Positions 1 to 9,417 of a DNA stretch of 64,000 nt are shown here, in pieces (positions within the stretch are counted from its first letter, which is position 1; each line of letters begins with the position of its first letter). Location: positions 32,524 through 96,523 of the forward strand of contig JANLSU010000001.1 in the NCBI GenBank assembly GCA_031362565.1, in the 5' to 3' direction. The notes below the pieces were generated by a model. That model ran no database searches and was not told the origin of the DNA. It saw nothing but the letters and a program-made list of their open reading frames with translations. Position numbers and translations under genes: made by a program. The stretch is from a bacterium (GTDB lineage: Bacteria > Krumholzibacteriota > Krumholzibacteriia > G020349025).

Positions 1-58
1 CGGCGTCTTGCGGCAGCGGGTGGTGCGGCGGCAAATCGGCGGCGTCAGTCCTCGGCAT
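1..58 (-). CDS. 5' end of a possible CDS running off the window edge (MPRTDAADLPPHHPLPQDA...)
   Basis: ATG at 58 on the minus strand, 20 nt downstream of the preceding gene's stop; too short to identify. Confidence 0.3.
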   Translation of the reverse strand, partial: MPRTDAADLPPHHPLPQDA

Positions 59-78
59 GGCGGCACTCCGGTCGCGGA

Positions 79-963
79 TCAAAGATGGAACGGCACGGCG
101 AGCGGCTGATGATAGTGCAGGATCGCTTTGACGAGGAAGGCGTCCACGACCAGGTGCACGAACAGCACGTAGACGAGCGCGCGGGTGCGCTCGTAGACGG
201 CGCCTTGGATGAGCGCAAAAAGAAAGATGAGCACCGGCCCAATGCCGATGAACGCCATGTCGGTCAGGACACTCGTGTACACGACGGCCTGCGCCAGGTT
301 GGCAACCCGCGGCGAGAACAGCGATCGCAACACGGCGTAGACGGTATTGATGAAGAAGAGTTCGTCCCAAATGCCGACGCTATTGATGCCGTAGAAAAGC
401 CGCCAGATCTGCGATGCCGGGCTCGCGTGGTCGATGGGCCACTGCAGCGGCATCTCGGGTGTTGCGACGAAAAAATACCAGTGCACTATGAACCAAGCGA
501 GCGGGATCGAAGTGAGGGCATAGAAGATCTCGGTCGCTTGCCAGTGGCGCGGCCAGAGCGTGTACTCGATGACGCCGGGATCCCACCTCCGCAAGATGAA
601 ATACGGCCCGGCCGCCACGGCCGCGAACGCGAGCCCGATGCGCAGGAAATTGGTGTTCGAGAATTCGGTGCCGATGGGTACGATCGCGAGCACCAGAACG
701 GCACCCAAAAGGACGCCCAGCCGGAGCCGGAACACCCGCGCTGGATGCCGGAGCGTGAGCACTGCGGCGACGAGCCAAGCGGCGAGTCCCGGCACCCACC
801 AGGCGAGCGGAATGAGGAGCGCCGCCGAGACGGCGAAGGCCGCCACCGCGACGATCGCCGGCCGGTCCCGGCTCCAGTCCAGAGCAAGCTCCGTCGGGGA
901 ACGAGACTCCAACGGGCCGCCGCCCGGTCCGTGCGCTTCACTTGCATGCGTCGATGGGGTCAC
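79..963 (-). CDS. CPBP (CAAX protease/Abi) family intramembrane glutamic endopeptidase
   Basis: Multiple hydrophobic helices; GIWDELFF (EExxF-like) and C-terminal FVHLVVD motifs; GTG start overlaps the queG stop (GTGA). Confidence 0.75.
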   Translation of the reverse strand: MTPSTHASEAHGPGGGPLESRSPTELALDWSRDRPAIVAVAAFAVSAALLIPLAWWVPGLAAWLVAAVLTLRHPARVFRLRLGVLLGAVLVLAIVPIGTEFSNTNFLRIGLAFAAVAAGPYFILRRWDPGVIEYTLWPRHWQATEIFYALTSIPLAWFIVHWYFFVATPEMPLQWPIDHASPASQIWRLFYGINSVGIWDELFFINTVYAVLRSLFSPRVANLAQAVVYTSVLTDMAFIGIGPVLIFLFALIQGAVYERTRALVYVLFVHLVVDAFLVKAILHYHQPLAVPFHL

Positions 964-2081
964 GAGGCCTCGCGGGCTTCGAGCGCGGCGGCGATTTCCT
1001 CGCGCACCCATGGATCATCTTCGACCGAGGCACGATCCTGCAACGCAATCCGTGCCGCGGCAGTGCCGGTGCACCCCAATGCCCAGGCCACGTGCCCACG
1101 GACGAGGGCGGCCGGATCATCGAGCCGCGCGACCAGCGCCGGTACCACCTCCGGCGCGCCCCAATTGCCGAGCGCAATGGCGACGTTGCGAATGAACCCG
1201 TCGTACGTCGCGCGGCGCACCGGCGTCTTCTTGAAACGGCGATTCCACTCGGTCCGTGTCATGCCCATCCACTCGAGCAAACTCGGATTCAGGTGTCCCG
1301 GCTTGGGCTCGAAGCCTTCGACGCGGCTCCGCACCGCATGGCGGTTCCACGGGCAGACGTCCTGGCAATCGTCACAGCCGAAAATGCGATTGCCGATGGC
1401 TGGACGCAATGCGCGGTCGATGGGACCCCGGTGTTCGATCGTCAGGTAGGCGATGCAGCGCCGCGCATCAAGCACGTAGGGCGCGATGATTGCGCCCGTT
1501 GGACACACTTCGATGCAGCGGGTGCAGGTTCCGCACCGGTCGCGGGCGGGCGCGTCCGGTACGAGTTCCAGATCGACGGCGAGTCCGCCGAGGAAGAACC
1601 ACGATCCGTCGCGCCCGGCGATCAGGTTCGTGTGCTTGCCGCGCCAGCCGATTCCGGCGGCTTCGGCGACGCCCTTTTCCTGCACCGGCGCCGTATCGGT
1701 GAACGCATGGGTGCGGCATCCGGGCACGAGCGCCTCGATTGCGGTGCGCAGCACCTCGAGCCGGGCTCGCACTTCGTGGTGATAGTCGCGTCCCCAAGCA
1801 TAGCGCGAGATGGCGCCACGCGCCGGGTCGGTGGAAAGTTCATGTTCGGTGTTGTAGGCGAGCGCGACGGCGATCAGGGAGCGCGCCCAGGGCACGTATT
1901 GCACGGGATCGGCGCGCCGGCCGTCCGGATCCTCCATGTAGCGCATGGTGCCGTGCATGCCGGCTGCAAGCCACTCACCGAGCCGCTCCGCGTCGTGCGC
2001 CGGGCGTGCAACAGTGAAGCCGACGCGCTCGAAGCCCGCGGTGTGGGCTGCATCACGAATGAGATCCGTCGCAGTTCGCAT
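960..2081 (-). CDS. queG: tRNA epoxyqueuosine(34) reductase
   Basis: ISRYAWGRDYH, CGTCTRCIEVCPTGA, LDARRCIAYLTIE, IFGCDDCQDVCPWN and C-terminal HEAT-like repeats; start 2081 or 2090. Confidence 0.95.
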   Translation of the reverse strand: MRTATDLIRDAAHTAGFERVGFTVARPAHDAERLGEWLAAGMHGTMRYMEDPDGRRADPVQYVPWARSLIAVALAYNTEHELSTDPARGAISRYAWGRDYHHEVRARLEVLRTAIEALVPGCRTHAFTDTAPVQEKGVAEAAGIGWRGKHTNLIAGRDGSWFFLGGLAVDLELVPDAPARDRCGTCTRCIEVCPTGAIIAPYVLDARRCIAYLTIEHRGPIDRALRPAIGNRIFGCDDCQDVCPWNRHAVRSRVEGFEPKPGHLNPSLLEWMGMTRTEWNRRFKKTPVRRATYDGFIRNVAIALGNWGAPEVVPALVARLDDPAALVRGHVAWALGCTGTAAARIALQDRASVEDDPWVREEIAAALEAREAS

Positions 2082-2193
2082 GCACGGCATCGTATCAGAA
2101 GGCCGCGAGGCCTCGCGCCCAGGTGCGCCGGATTCCGGTAAGATAGAGGCGGTGATGTGGGCTCCCGTGGCCCACGCGCCGGGGAGGGATTTC

Positions 2194-3213
2194 GTGACGC
2201 AGGACACCATCGGCCGGGCGCTCCGGAACCTGCGCCTTTCGGTGACGGACCGCTGCAACTTGCGTTGCGCGTATTGCATGCCGGAAGCCGACTACACTTG
2301 GCTGCCTCGCGAAGATCTTCTGTCGTTCGAAGAGATCGACCGCGTCGTAAGCGTCTTTGCGTCGCTCGGAGTCGACAAGGTCCGGCTGACGGGCGGCGAG
2401 CCGCTCCTGCGGCGTGACCTGCCCGAACTCGTTCGCCTGTTGGCTGCGCGACGGGAACTGCACGACATCGCTTTGACCACGAACGGCGTGCGCCTGGCAG
2501 AACACGCCGCGGCATTGCGTGCGGCAGGTTTGCGGCGCGTTACCGTGAGCTTGGACACGCTGCAGCCCGAGCGCTTCCGGGCGCTGACGCGCCGCGACGA
2601 CCTCGATCACGTGCTCGAGGGCATCGAAGCCGCCCGCACCGCGGGGTTCAGCGAAACCAAAATCGATGCCGTCGTGGTCCGGGGCACGAACGACGATGAA
2701 CTCGCCGACCTGGTCGACTTCGGGCGCGAACGCAGCATCGAAGTACGGTTCATCGAGTATATGGATGTGGGCGGCGCGACGCGCTGGTCCCCGGCGAGCG
2801 TCGTGACGCGGGCGGAAATGCTCTCGACGCTCGAACGCCACTATGGCCGCGTCGAACCCGTCGCCGGACGCGGCAGTGCGCCGGCGGAGCAATTCCGGCT
2901 CGCCGACGGCACTGTTTTTGGCATCATCGCCTCCACGAGCCAGCCGTTTTGCCAGGACTGCGATCGCAGCCGCTTGACCGCCGACGGCCAATGGCTGACA
3001 TGTCTCTATGCGACACAAGGATTGGATTTGCGTGGTCCGCTCCGCGCCGGAATGCCGTTCGCGGAGTTGCACGCCATGCTCGATCGAGCCTGGCAGAATC
3101 GCACCGACCGTGGCGCCGAGGAACGCCTTGCGTCCCGCGAACGCGGGGCGTTCATCGCGGTGGATCGGTTGCGCCGCGAGCCGCACCTCGAGATGCACAC
3201 TCGCGGTGGTTGA
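2194..3213 (+). CDS. moaA: GTP 3',8-cyclase (molybdopterin biosynthesis radical SAM)
   Basis: LRLSVTDRCNLRCAYCMP, RLTGGEP, FCQDCDRSRLTADG...CLY and C-terminal GG; GGAGGG RBS before GTG at 2194. Confidence 0.95.
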   Translation: MTQDTIGRALRNLRLSVTDRCNLRCAYCMPEADYTWLPREDLLSFEEIDRVVSVFASLGVDKVRLTGGEPLLRRDLPELVRLLAARRELHDIALTTNGVRLAEHAAALRAAGLRRVTVSLDTLQPERFRALTRRDDLDHVLEGIEAARTAGFSETKIDAVVVRGTNDDELADLVDFGRERSIEVRFIEYMDVGGATRWSPASVVTRAEMLSTLERHYGRVEPVAGRGSAPAEQFRLADGTVFGIIASTSQPFCQDCDRSRLTADGQWLTCLYATQGLDLRGPLRAGMPFAELHAMLDRAWQNRTDRGAEERLASRERGAFIAVDRLRREPHLEMHTRGG

Positions 3214-3315
3214 TCGTCCGGCATGGCACCGCCGGGGAAAGATGCGGCCGCGCCCGATGGGGAGCGGGGGATGTCATGCTCGGAACGCGACCGCAATCCA
3301 GGTGAAATCTGTGAC

Positions 3316-3409
3316 TCGCGGTTGCCCGTGCGCTGGTCCGGAAGACCTTCGGCCGACCAACACGGGTCGGGCTTGGGCCAAGACGACGCTGCTACGAGGG
3401 CAACCGCGA
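3316..3409 (-). ncRNA. Putative structured RNA or DNA element between convergent moaA and thiolase
   Basis: Perfect 12-bp inverted repeat TCGCGGTTGCCC (3316-3327) / GGGCAACCGCGA (3398-3409) enclosing internal hairpins that pair fully only on the minus strand via G-U wobbles. Confidence 0.4.
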
Positions 3410-3506
3410 AGCAATGTCGATCGACCCAAACGATAGCGGACGAGTGTAAAGAACCGATGAACTCGGAGCGAAAGTTCAATCGTTAGGGCGGCCTTGCTTC
3501 GCCCGT

Positions 3507-4769
3507 TCAGGCCAGATTGCGGAGCACGGTCACGACCGCCGTGCGGTCGTCGCCGCCGATGTTGGCGGTCACGCCGTAGGCCGGCCGGTTCTGAACCTGG
3601 TAGTCGCCGCACAGGCCTTGCTGCTGGCGGAAAATCTCCAGCACCTGCTTGACGCCAGTGGCCCCCACCGGATGCCCGAACCCCATCAGTCCGCCGCCTG
3701 TATTGACTGGAATACGCCCGGTGAGCGTCGTCGTGCCGTCGCGCGCCAGATCCACGCCGTGGCCTTTGGCGGCGAATCCCAACGCTTCGTACAACAGCAG
3801 TTCGGTAATGCTGAAGCAGTCGTGCACTTCGGCGATGCCCATGTCCTTGGCACCGGCGCCGGCGTCGCGATACGCCTCCGCGATGGCCGCTTGTGCCGTT
3901 CGCATCACCAGCGGGTCGGGATTCCCGGCGAGCGGCGCGGTCGCGTGCCCGTAAGCGACGAGTTCCGATGCATCCGCCGGCCGCTTGCCGAGCTTCGCGA
4001 GCCCGGCCTCCGAAACGAGGAGCAGCGCCGACGCGCCGTCCGACACCTGCGAACAATCGCTGACTTTCATGAAGTCGTGGTAATCCTTGTTCTCCAAGAA
4101 GAGCGGATTGCGATCGGACGCCGTGGCGGCATTCTCGAGCGACATCTTGTACGTGCGCATGTGGGCGTGCGGGTTGCGATTCGCATTCTCGTACGCCTTG
4201 ACGACGACGCGCGCCAGGTCTTGTTCACTGACGTTGTACGCCTCGCGATAGGCGCGGGCGCGCCTCGCGAACAGGCACGGGAATGTGAAAGGGTCGATGG
4301 AACGCTGCGTCGCATAGTGGGCGGCACGGGCCAGATAGTCGGCGCCTTCGGCGGCATTGACGGTGGTCTGCACTTCGGCGCCAACGGCGAGCGTGACGTC
4401 GTAACCAGCCGAGATGGCGTCGACGCAACCCAGCACCGCGAGCCCGCCCGACGCGCAAGCGCCTTCGACGCGCGCGAATGGCTTCAGATCGAGGTCGGGA
4501 TGCGCCCCGGCGACGACCGCGCCCAGGTGTCCTTGCTTCGAAAACAGCTCGCCGGTGAAGTTGCCGATGTAGCCCTTTTGGATCGCGCTCGCCGGGACGC
4601 CGGTCGTTTCGATCGCGCTGATGATGGCGCGTTCGATGTGTTCTTCGAGGGTCGGGTTCTGGCGCTTCCCGAATTCAGGGTGTCCCTTCCAGATGAAGTC
4701 GGGATGGAACTTCCCGATGAAGCCGCTGTGGGCTCCACCCAAGACAAAGACCCGGCGGGCGGGTTTCAT
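3507..4769 (-). CDS. SCP2-type thiolase (acetyl-CoA acetyltransferase family)
   Basis: RVEGACASGG (catalytic Cys), AEVHDCF (HDCF is the SCP2-thiolase signature), GHPVGATG; GGAGG RBS. Confidence 0.9.
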   Translation of the reverse strand: MKPARRVFVLGGAHSGFIGKFHPDFIWKGHPEFGKRQNPTLEEHIERAIISAIETTGVPASAIQKGYIGNFTGELFSKQGHLGAVVAGAHPDLDLKPFARVEGACASGGLAVLGCVDAISAGYDVTLAVGAEVQTTVNAAEGADYLARAAHYATQRSIDPFTFPCLFARRARAYREAYNVSEQDLARVVVKAYENANRNPHAHMRTYKMSLENAATASDRNPLFLENKDYHDFMKVSDCSQVSDGASALLLVSEAGLAKLGKRPADASELVAYGHATAPLAGNPDPLVMRTAQAAIAEAYRDAGAGAKDMGIAEVHDCFSITELLLYEALGFAAKGHGVDLARDGTTTLTGRIPVNTGGGLMGFGHPVGATGVKQVLEIFRQQQGLCGDYQVQNRPAYGVTANIGGDDRTAVVTVLRNLA

Positions 4770-4909
4770 GCGAGGACCTCCTGTGGCGGTGCTGTCGTGC
4801 CGACCCGACATCCACAGTATCACGCGCTCGGGCCGCCCGGAAATCCGCCGCCGGCGCGCCCCGATGCCCCAAGGCCGCCAACGATGCGCTGGGCGGGAGA
4901 ACCCGCCGG

Positions 4910-4938
4910 TTGACATCTAAACACCTGTCTAGTAATTT
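4910..4938 (+). promoter_or_regulatory. Sigma-70 promoter with an embedded SOS-box-like pseudo-palindrome
   Basis: TTGACA (4910-4915), 17-nt spacer, TAATTT (4933-4938); TAAAC-ACCT-GTCTA (4918-4931) lies in the spacer. Confidence 0.65.
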
Positions 4939-4969
4939 CATCCCCGGGTTGCAAGGAAGGACGCAGCAG

Positions 4970-5218
4970 ATGAGTACGGGTGGAGAGCGGATCGAGGTTC
5001 TGGCGCGCTTCGAGCGGAGCGGCATGACGCCATTCCGGTTTCGATGGAACTCGACGGCGTTTCGCGTCGACCGGGTCACGGGCCGCTGGGAAGACCGGGA
5101 GGGGCAGTTCCGGCGCTGCCACTACGGTGTCGTGACCGACACCGGCGATTTCTTCGAGCTGCGTTTTCACCAGTCCGACTTCAGTTGGGCGGTCACGCAA
5201 GTCGGCGTCGAAGGCTGA
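4970..5218 (+). CDS. Small beta-rich protein, DUF6504-like (Y-family polymerase-associated)
   Basis: PFRFRW...RVDRVTGRW...FFELRF...W pattern; AAGGAAGG RBS; directly upstream of dinB. Confidence 0.65.
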   Translation: MSTGGERIEVLARFERSGMTPFRFRWNSTAFRVDRVTGRWEDREGQFRRCHYGVVTDTGDFFELRFHQSDFSWAVTQVGVEG

Positions 5219-5304
5219 CGCCCGAAAATGCGCGCGTGCGGGCGCGGTGCGCGACCAGGCCTTGCGCACCCGTCCGCGCCGCGCCAGGGCGCGGGGTGCT
5301 GGCC

Positions 5305-6513
5305 ATGCGCTGGTTCGTGCACGTCGACATGGACGCCTACTTCGCGTCCGTCGAGCAATTGGTCAATCCGGCACTGCGCGGCAAGCCGGTCGTCGTGGGT
5401 GGCAGGCCCGGGTCGCGTGGCGTCGTCTCAACGGCATCCTACGAGGCGCGGCGGTTCGGGGTGCGATCGGGCATGCCGATCGCAGAAGCCGTGCGGCGTT
5501 GCCCGCACGCCGTGTTCCTGCCCGGGCGGTTTGCGCTCTACGTCGACATGTCGAAGCGCATCTTCGAAGTGCTGCGGCGGTTCTCGCCGCGGGTCGAGCC
5601 GGCCAGCATCGATGAAGCGTACGTCGAATTGGAGACCGCTGCACCGGGCGATGCCGTACGGGATATGCAGAAGGCGATTCGCGACGAGCTTCAACTGACC
5701 GCGAGCTTCGGGGTCAGCGACACGAAGTATCTCGCGAAGATTGCCTCGGGCTTCGAGAAACCGAACGGGTTCACGGTGATGACGCGCGCCGATATACCGG
5801 CACGGCTCTGGTCGCTGCCGGTGGGCGCGTTGCATGGTGTCGGTGCGAAGACGGGGGCGCGTCTCTACGCGCGCGGCTATACGACGATCGGCGATTTGGC
5901 GCGGGCCCCGGACGGCTTGCTCGAGCGTCAACTGGGATCGCTCGGTGCGGTGCTACGCCGGCACGCCAATGGCGAGGGCGGTGGGCGTGTTGTGCCGCCC
6001 GAGGAAGCGCCCGACGCCAAGTCGCTCGGTTGCGAGCAAACGCTCGAGCGCGATCTTTTCGACCGCTCGCGGTTAGAGGCGCTTCTCACCGCGCTGGCGG
6101 AGAAAGTCGGACGCCGGGCGCGCCGCCATGGACTCGCCGGGCGGCGCATCGTGCTCAAACTGCGGGATCGGCGCTTTCACACCATCACGCACGGTCGAAC
6201 CGGACCGCATCCGGTCGACGCCGACGGCGAGATCGGGCGCGTGGCGCGCGACTTGTTCGCGGAGACGCGGTTTTGGGAGCGCGGTGTGCGGCTCGTGGGT
6301 GTGACTTTGGAACAACTCGTGCCGAACGGCGACGGCCGGCAACTGGCCTTCGACTTCGAGACGGCACGAGCGCTTCCGGCCCTTGACCGGATCCGCACCA
6401 AATACGGCGAGCATGCGATTGCCGCGGCCCGGACCCTGGAAGCCGGCGCCGAAGCGCGGCGCAAACCACGCATCTCGTTTTCGATTCCGGATGAACTCGC
6501 AGCATTCCAGTGA
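5305..6513 (+). CDS. dinB: Y-family DNA polymerase IV-like
   Basis: HVDMDAYFASVEQ, STASYEARRFGVRSGM, SIDEAY, LAKIAS...KPNG; clamp motif QLAFDF. Confidence 0.92.
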   Translation: MRWFVHVDMDAYFASVEQLVNPALRGKPVVVGGRPGSRGVVSTASYEARRFGVRSGMPIAEAVRRCPHAVFLPGRFALYVDMSKRIFEVLRRFSPRVEPASIDEAYVELETAAPGDAVRDMQKAIRDELQLTASFGVSDTKYLAKIASGFEKPNGFTVMTRADIPARLWSLPVGALHGVGAKTGARLYARGYTTIGDLARAPDGLLERQLGSLGAVLRRHANGEGGGRVVPPEEAPDAKSLGCEQTLERDLFDRSRLEALLTALAEKVGRRARRHGLAGRRIVLKLRDRRFHTITHGRTGPHPVDADGEIGRVARDLFAETRFWERGVRLVGVTLEQLVPNGDGRQLAFDFETARALPALDRIRTKYGEHAIAAARTLEAGAEARRKPRISFSIPDELAAFQ

Positions 6514-6675
6514 CGCATTGGAACGCGAACGAGACCACCGCGCCCGCCGCTGTGTGGGCGCCTTGTTCCTGATCGTTCCTCGTTGTTTCGAGCCCGCGTT
6601 GCAAGTTGCAACCGCTCGGCAAGGGGTCTATCATGAAGGTGCATCGCTTCCGCCCCAAGGACAATAACCCAATAG

Positions 6676-8658
6676 GTGCACGTGAGAACGTGGATTCGAT
6701 CGTTTCAGCGCGACCGTTTCTTGCCGCGTCCGGGCGCGTTTGCACCGCGCGGCGCGATTCTCGCCGCCGTTCTGTTCTCCCTCGTCTTCGGTCGACCCGC
6801 CTTCGCGGTGATCGAGGGATATCCGACCGATAACAGCCTGGCGCCAGGTGACACGCTCCAGTTGCACGTCCGCTGTACGACCGGCTATCGCGTCTCGATC
6901 TGGCGCATGCGGCTGGAGCCGGAGCACCTTTTGGACGCGGGGACCTATCCAGCGCACAACTTCGTCGTTCCGCCACAGTCCTGGGCGACCGGCTGCGACT
7001 GGCCGGTCACGTGTCGTATTCCGGTGCGCCCCGAATGGCGCCCTGGCCTGTACTTCGCACGCATCGAGAGCGGAGCGGCGAAGTCATGGTTGCCGTTTGT
7101 CGTGCGTGGGCGCGTCCCGGGGCGCACGAGCCGAATCGCGGTGCAGTTGTCCAGCAATACGTGGCAGGCGTACAACCGCTACGGTGGCATGAGTCTTTAT
7201 GGTGCCTGGGTACCGGGGCTGACCGGGCGCGCCTATCGGGCGTCGTTTCACCGCCCGTACTTGCTGACTCCGGCCGACGGCGACGGCCCATGTTTTCTCT
7301 GGGAAGCGCCCTTCATCGCTTTTCTCGAGCGCGAAGGCATTGCCTACGAAGTCCTGACCAACTATGACTTGCATCGTTTCCCAGGCATCCTCGACTCCTA
7401 TCGCATGTTCTGTAGCGTCGGGCACGACGAGTACTGGAGCAAGGAGATGTACGACGAGTTGCAGAGGTTCGTTGACAACGGCGGCAATACGGCGTTTTTC
7501 TCCGGGAATTCGATTTGGTGGCAGGTCCGATACGAAGACCAGGGCCGCACGATGGTATGTTACAAAGATGCCGCACTCGATCCGATGAACGGCGTCGACA
7601 ATAGCCGGGTCACGGTCAATTGGCAGTCGGCGCCGATCAATCGGCCGCCCGCGAGACTGATAGGGACGCACTACAACGGCAGCTGGGGCGTGATGCCCGG
7701 GGCCTTCCAGGTGGTCAACCCGCGGCATTGGGCCTACCGTGGCGTCGCAGTGGATTCGGCGCAGGTTTTCGGATATCCGATGGTGGCGTTTGAAGTCGAT
7801 GCGCGGAACCGCTTCAGCCCGCCCGTGGATGTCATTGCCACGACGATGTTGACCGACGTAAACAACAACAACGCGCAGCGTGCAGCAGACATGACGTACT
7901 ACGAACGTACCGCGCAGTACGGATTCCCGAATGGCAAAGGCGGTAAGGTCTTCGCTGGCAGCAGCGTCAACTACACGCAGGGGCTCGATGCGGGCTACAA
8001 CCCGACGACGAAAACTGTCGGCCACATCGATCCAATCGCGCGCCAAATCACTCTCAATGTGATGGATCGTCTGGGATGCGAAGTCGCCGCGCCGCACCTG
8101 GCGGTGCCGGCGGATGGTTCTCAGGTACACACGCCGAAAACGCTGCTGCAATGGTATCCGGCCACCGCGCAGCGCGCCGGCGTTCCATTGAAATACACGC
8201 TGTATTGGCAAGCGCAGGGCGCGTCGGCCGACAGCTTGGAGACCAGCGGCATCTCATCGTGGGTGTCGATTGAGCCGGACCAAGCATACCGCTGGTGGGT
8301 TCGCGCGCAGGCCGAGTGCGGCGCGACGCAGGCGTCGTCGACCGCAACGTTCGTCGTGCTGCGGCCGACAGATTCCGGCCCGCCCGATAACGCACCCCCA
8401 GTGGTGGCCCAACGCGTCGGCGACCAGCTCGAGATCCACGTCTCGCTGCCCAGCTCATCGACCGTCGGGCTCGATATCTATTCCATCGGCGGCCGGCGCG
8501 TGCGCTCGCTCGGCAGCCGGTTGTTTCCGGCCGGCGCAACCCATGTCGACTGGGACCTGCGCGATGCGCGAGGTGCGCTCGCGCCCTCAGGTGTGTACTT
8601 CGTACGCGCCCGGATCGGTCAGCAGGTCTTGAAGATCAAGGTGATGATCGTTCACTGA
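6676..8658 (+). CDS. Secreted N,N-dimethylformamidase beta-subunit-like (DUF6605) protein with C-terminal FnIII-like and FlgD-type Ig domains
   Basis: Signal peptide; TWQAYNRYGGMSLY, SFHRPY, GHDEYWS, FFSGNSIWWQVR; C-terminal IYSIGGRRVRSL...WDLRD...SGVYFVR. Confidence 0.8.
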   Translation: MHVRTWIRSFQRDRFLPRPGAFAPRGAILAAVLFSLVFGRPAFAVIEGYPTDNSLAPGDTLQLHVRCTTGYRVSIWRMRLEPEHLLDAGTYPAHNFVVPPQSWATGCDWPVTCRIPVRPEWRPGLYFARIESGAAKSWLPFVVRGRVPGRTSRIAVQLSSNTWQAYNRYGGMSLYGAWVPGLTGRAYRASFHRPYLLTPADGDGPCFLWEAPFIAFLEREGIAYEVLTNYDLHRFPGILDSYRMFCSVGHDEYWSKEMYDELQRFVDNGGNTAFFSGNSIWWQVRYEDQGRTMVCYKDAALDPMNGVDNSRVTVNWQSAPINRPPARLIGTHYNGSWGVMPGAFQVVNPRHWAYRGVAVDSAQVFGYPMVAFEVDARNRFSPPVDVIATTMLTDVNNNNAQRAADMTYYERTAQYGFPNGKGGKVFAGSSVNYTQGLDAGYNPTTKTVGHIDPIARQITLNVMDRLGCEVAAPHLAVPADGSQVHTPKTLLQWYPATAQRAGVPLKYTLYWQAQGASADSLETSGISSWVSIEPDQAYRWWVRAQAECGATQASSTATFVVLRPTDSGPPDNAPPVVAQRVGDQLEIHVSLPSSSTVGLDIYSIGGRRVRSLGSRLFPAGATHVDWDLRDARGALAPSGVYFVRARIGQQVLKIKVMIVH

Positions 8659-9359
8659 TGCGCGGTGGCGTGCGGCGCTGTCTCCGGCGCACGCCGGTCG
8701 ACGCGCTTGGAGCTTCCCGGTGCCGGCTCCGGACATCTTGCCACGGCGACGCTGCCGCGAAAACGCTCGCGTGTGGCCTGACCTTCCTGTGAGATTCCTT
8801 CGCGCCGCAGCACCTGCACCACGGTCATCGCGATGATCCTCACGTCGAGCCACAGACTCCGGTGATCCACATACCAGGTGTCGGAGGCAAACTGGCGCTC
8901 CCAGCTCACAGAATTGCGTCCGTTGACTGCACTCCAACCCGTGAGCCCGGGCCGGACCAAGTGCCGGCGTGCTTGCTCGGGCGTATAGAGGGGCAGGTAT
9001 TCGGGGAGCAAGGGCCGCGGCCCGACGATGCTCATGCTGCCGCCGAGCACGTTCAACAACTGTGGAAGCTCGTCCAGGCTGGTGCTGCGGATGAACCGAC
9101 CGACGCGCGTGAGGCGCTCCGCATCGGGGAGGAGCGTGCCGGCCGCGTCTTTGGCATCCGTCATTGTACGGAACTTGTACACGGTGAACGGACGATTGCC
9201 GCGCCCGATGCGCGTTTGACAAAACAGCACCGGCCGTCCCATCGAAAAACGGATCGCGAGCGCTGTCCCCAGGAAGAGGGGCGCGCCAACGAGGAGACCG
9301 GTCGCTGAAGCGACGCCGTCGAACGCCCGTTTTATGAAGTGCCCCGTCTTTCGCAACAA
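8652..9359 (-). CDS. Undecaprenyl-phosphate sugar-1-phosphate transferase (PglC/EpsL-like)
   Basis: KRAFD, YKFRTM, TSLDELPQLLNVL.GSMSIVGPRP, RPGLTGW. Confidence 0.92.
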   Translation of the reverse strand: MLRKTGHFIKRAFDGVASATGLLVGAPLFLGTALAIRFSMGRPVLFCQTRIGRGNRPFTVYKFRTMTDAKDAAGTLLPDAERLTRVGRFIRSTSLDELPQLLNVLGGSMSIVGPRPLLPEYLPLYTPEQARRHLVRPGLTGWSAVNGRNSVSWERQFASDTWYVDHRSLWLDVRIIAMTVVQVLRREGISQEGQATRERFRGSVAVARCPEPAPGSSKRVDRRAPETAPHATAHQ

Positions 9360-9417
9360 TGGCCACCAACCTCCTGCACCGCCGTAAGGGACGCCGCACG
9401 GCGTGCCGTTTGCAACG

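Noticed and set aside
85..2141. Long antisense and alternative-frame ORFs here and throughout the window (e.g. 85-1449+, 942-2141+, 40184-42118-, 47783-49927-)
   Set aside because: Shadow ORFs typical of high-GC DNA, overlapping well-supported genes and lacking recognisable motifs
3330..3350. SRP RNA or Y RNA-like word GCTGGTCCGGAAG
   Set aside because: The SRP helix-8 context (CAGG...GGAAGG.AGCAG) is absent, and the G-U pattern favours the opposite strand
3454..3474. Hammerhead-like CCGATGA...CGAAA
   Set aside because: The core should be CTGANGA, stem II is not properly formed, and stems I/III are not evident
9400..9415. GG-N10-GC sigma-54-like motif
   Set aside because: Oriented opposite to the surrounding genes with a weak -24 match; likely chance in GC-rich DNA
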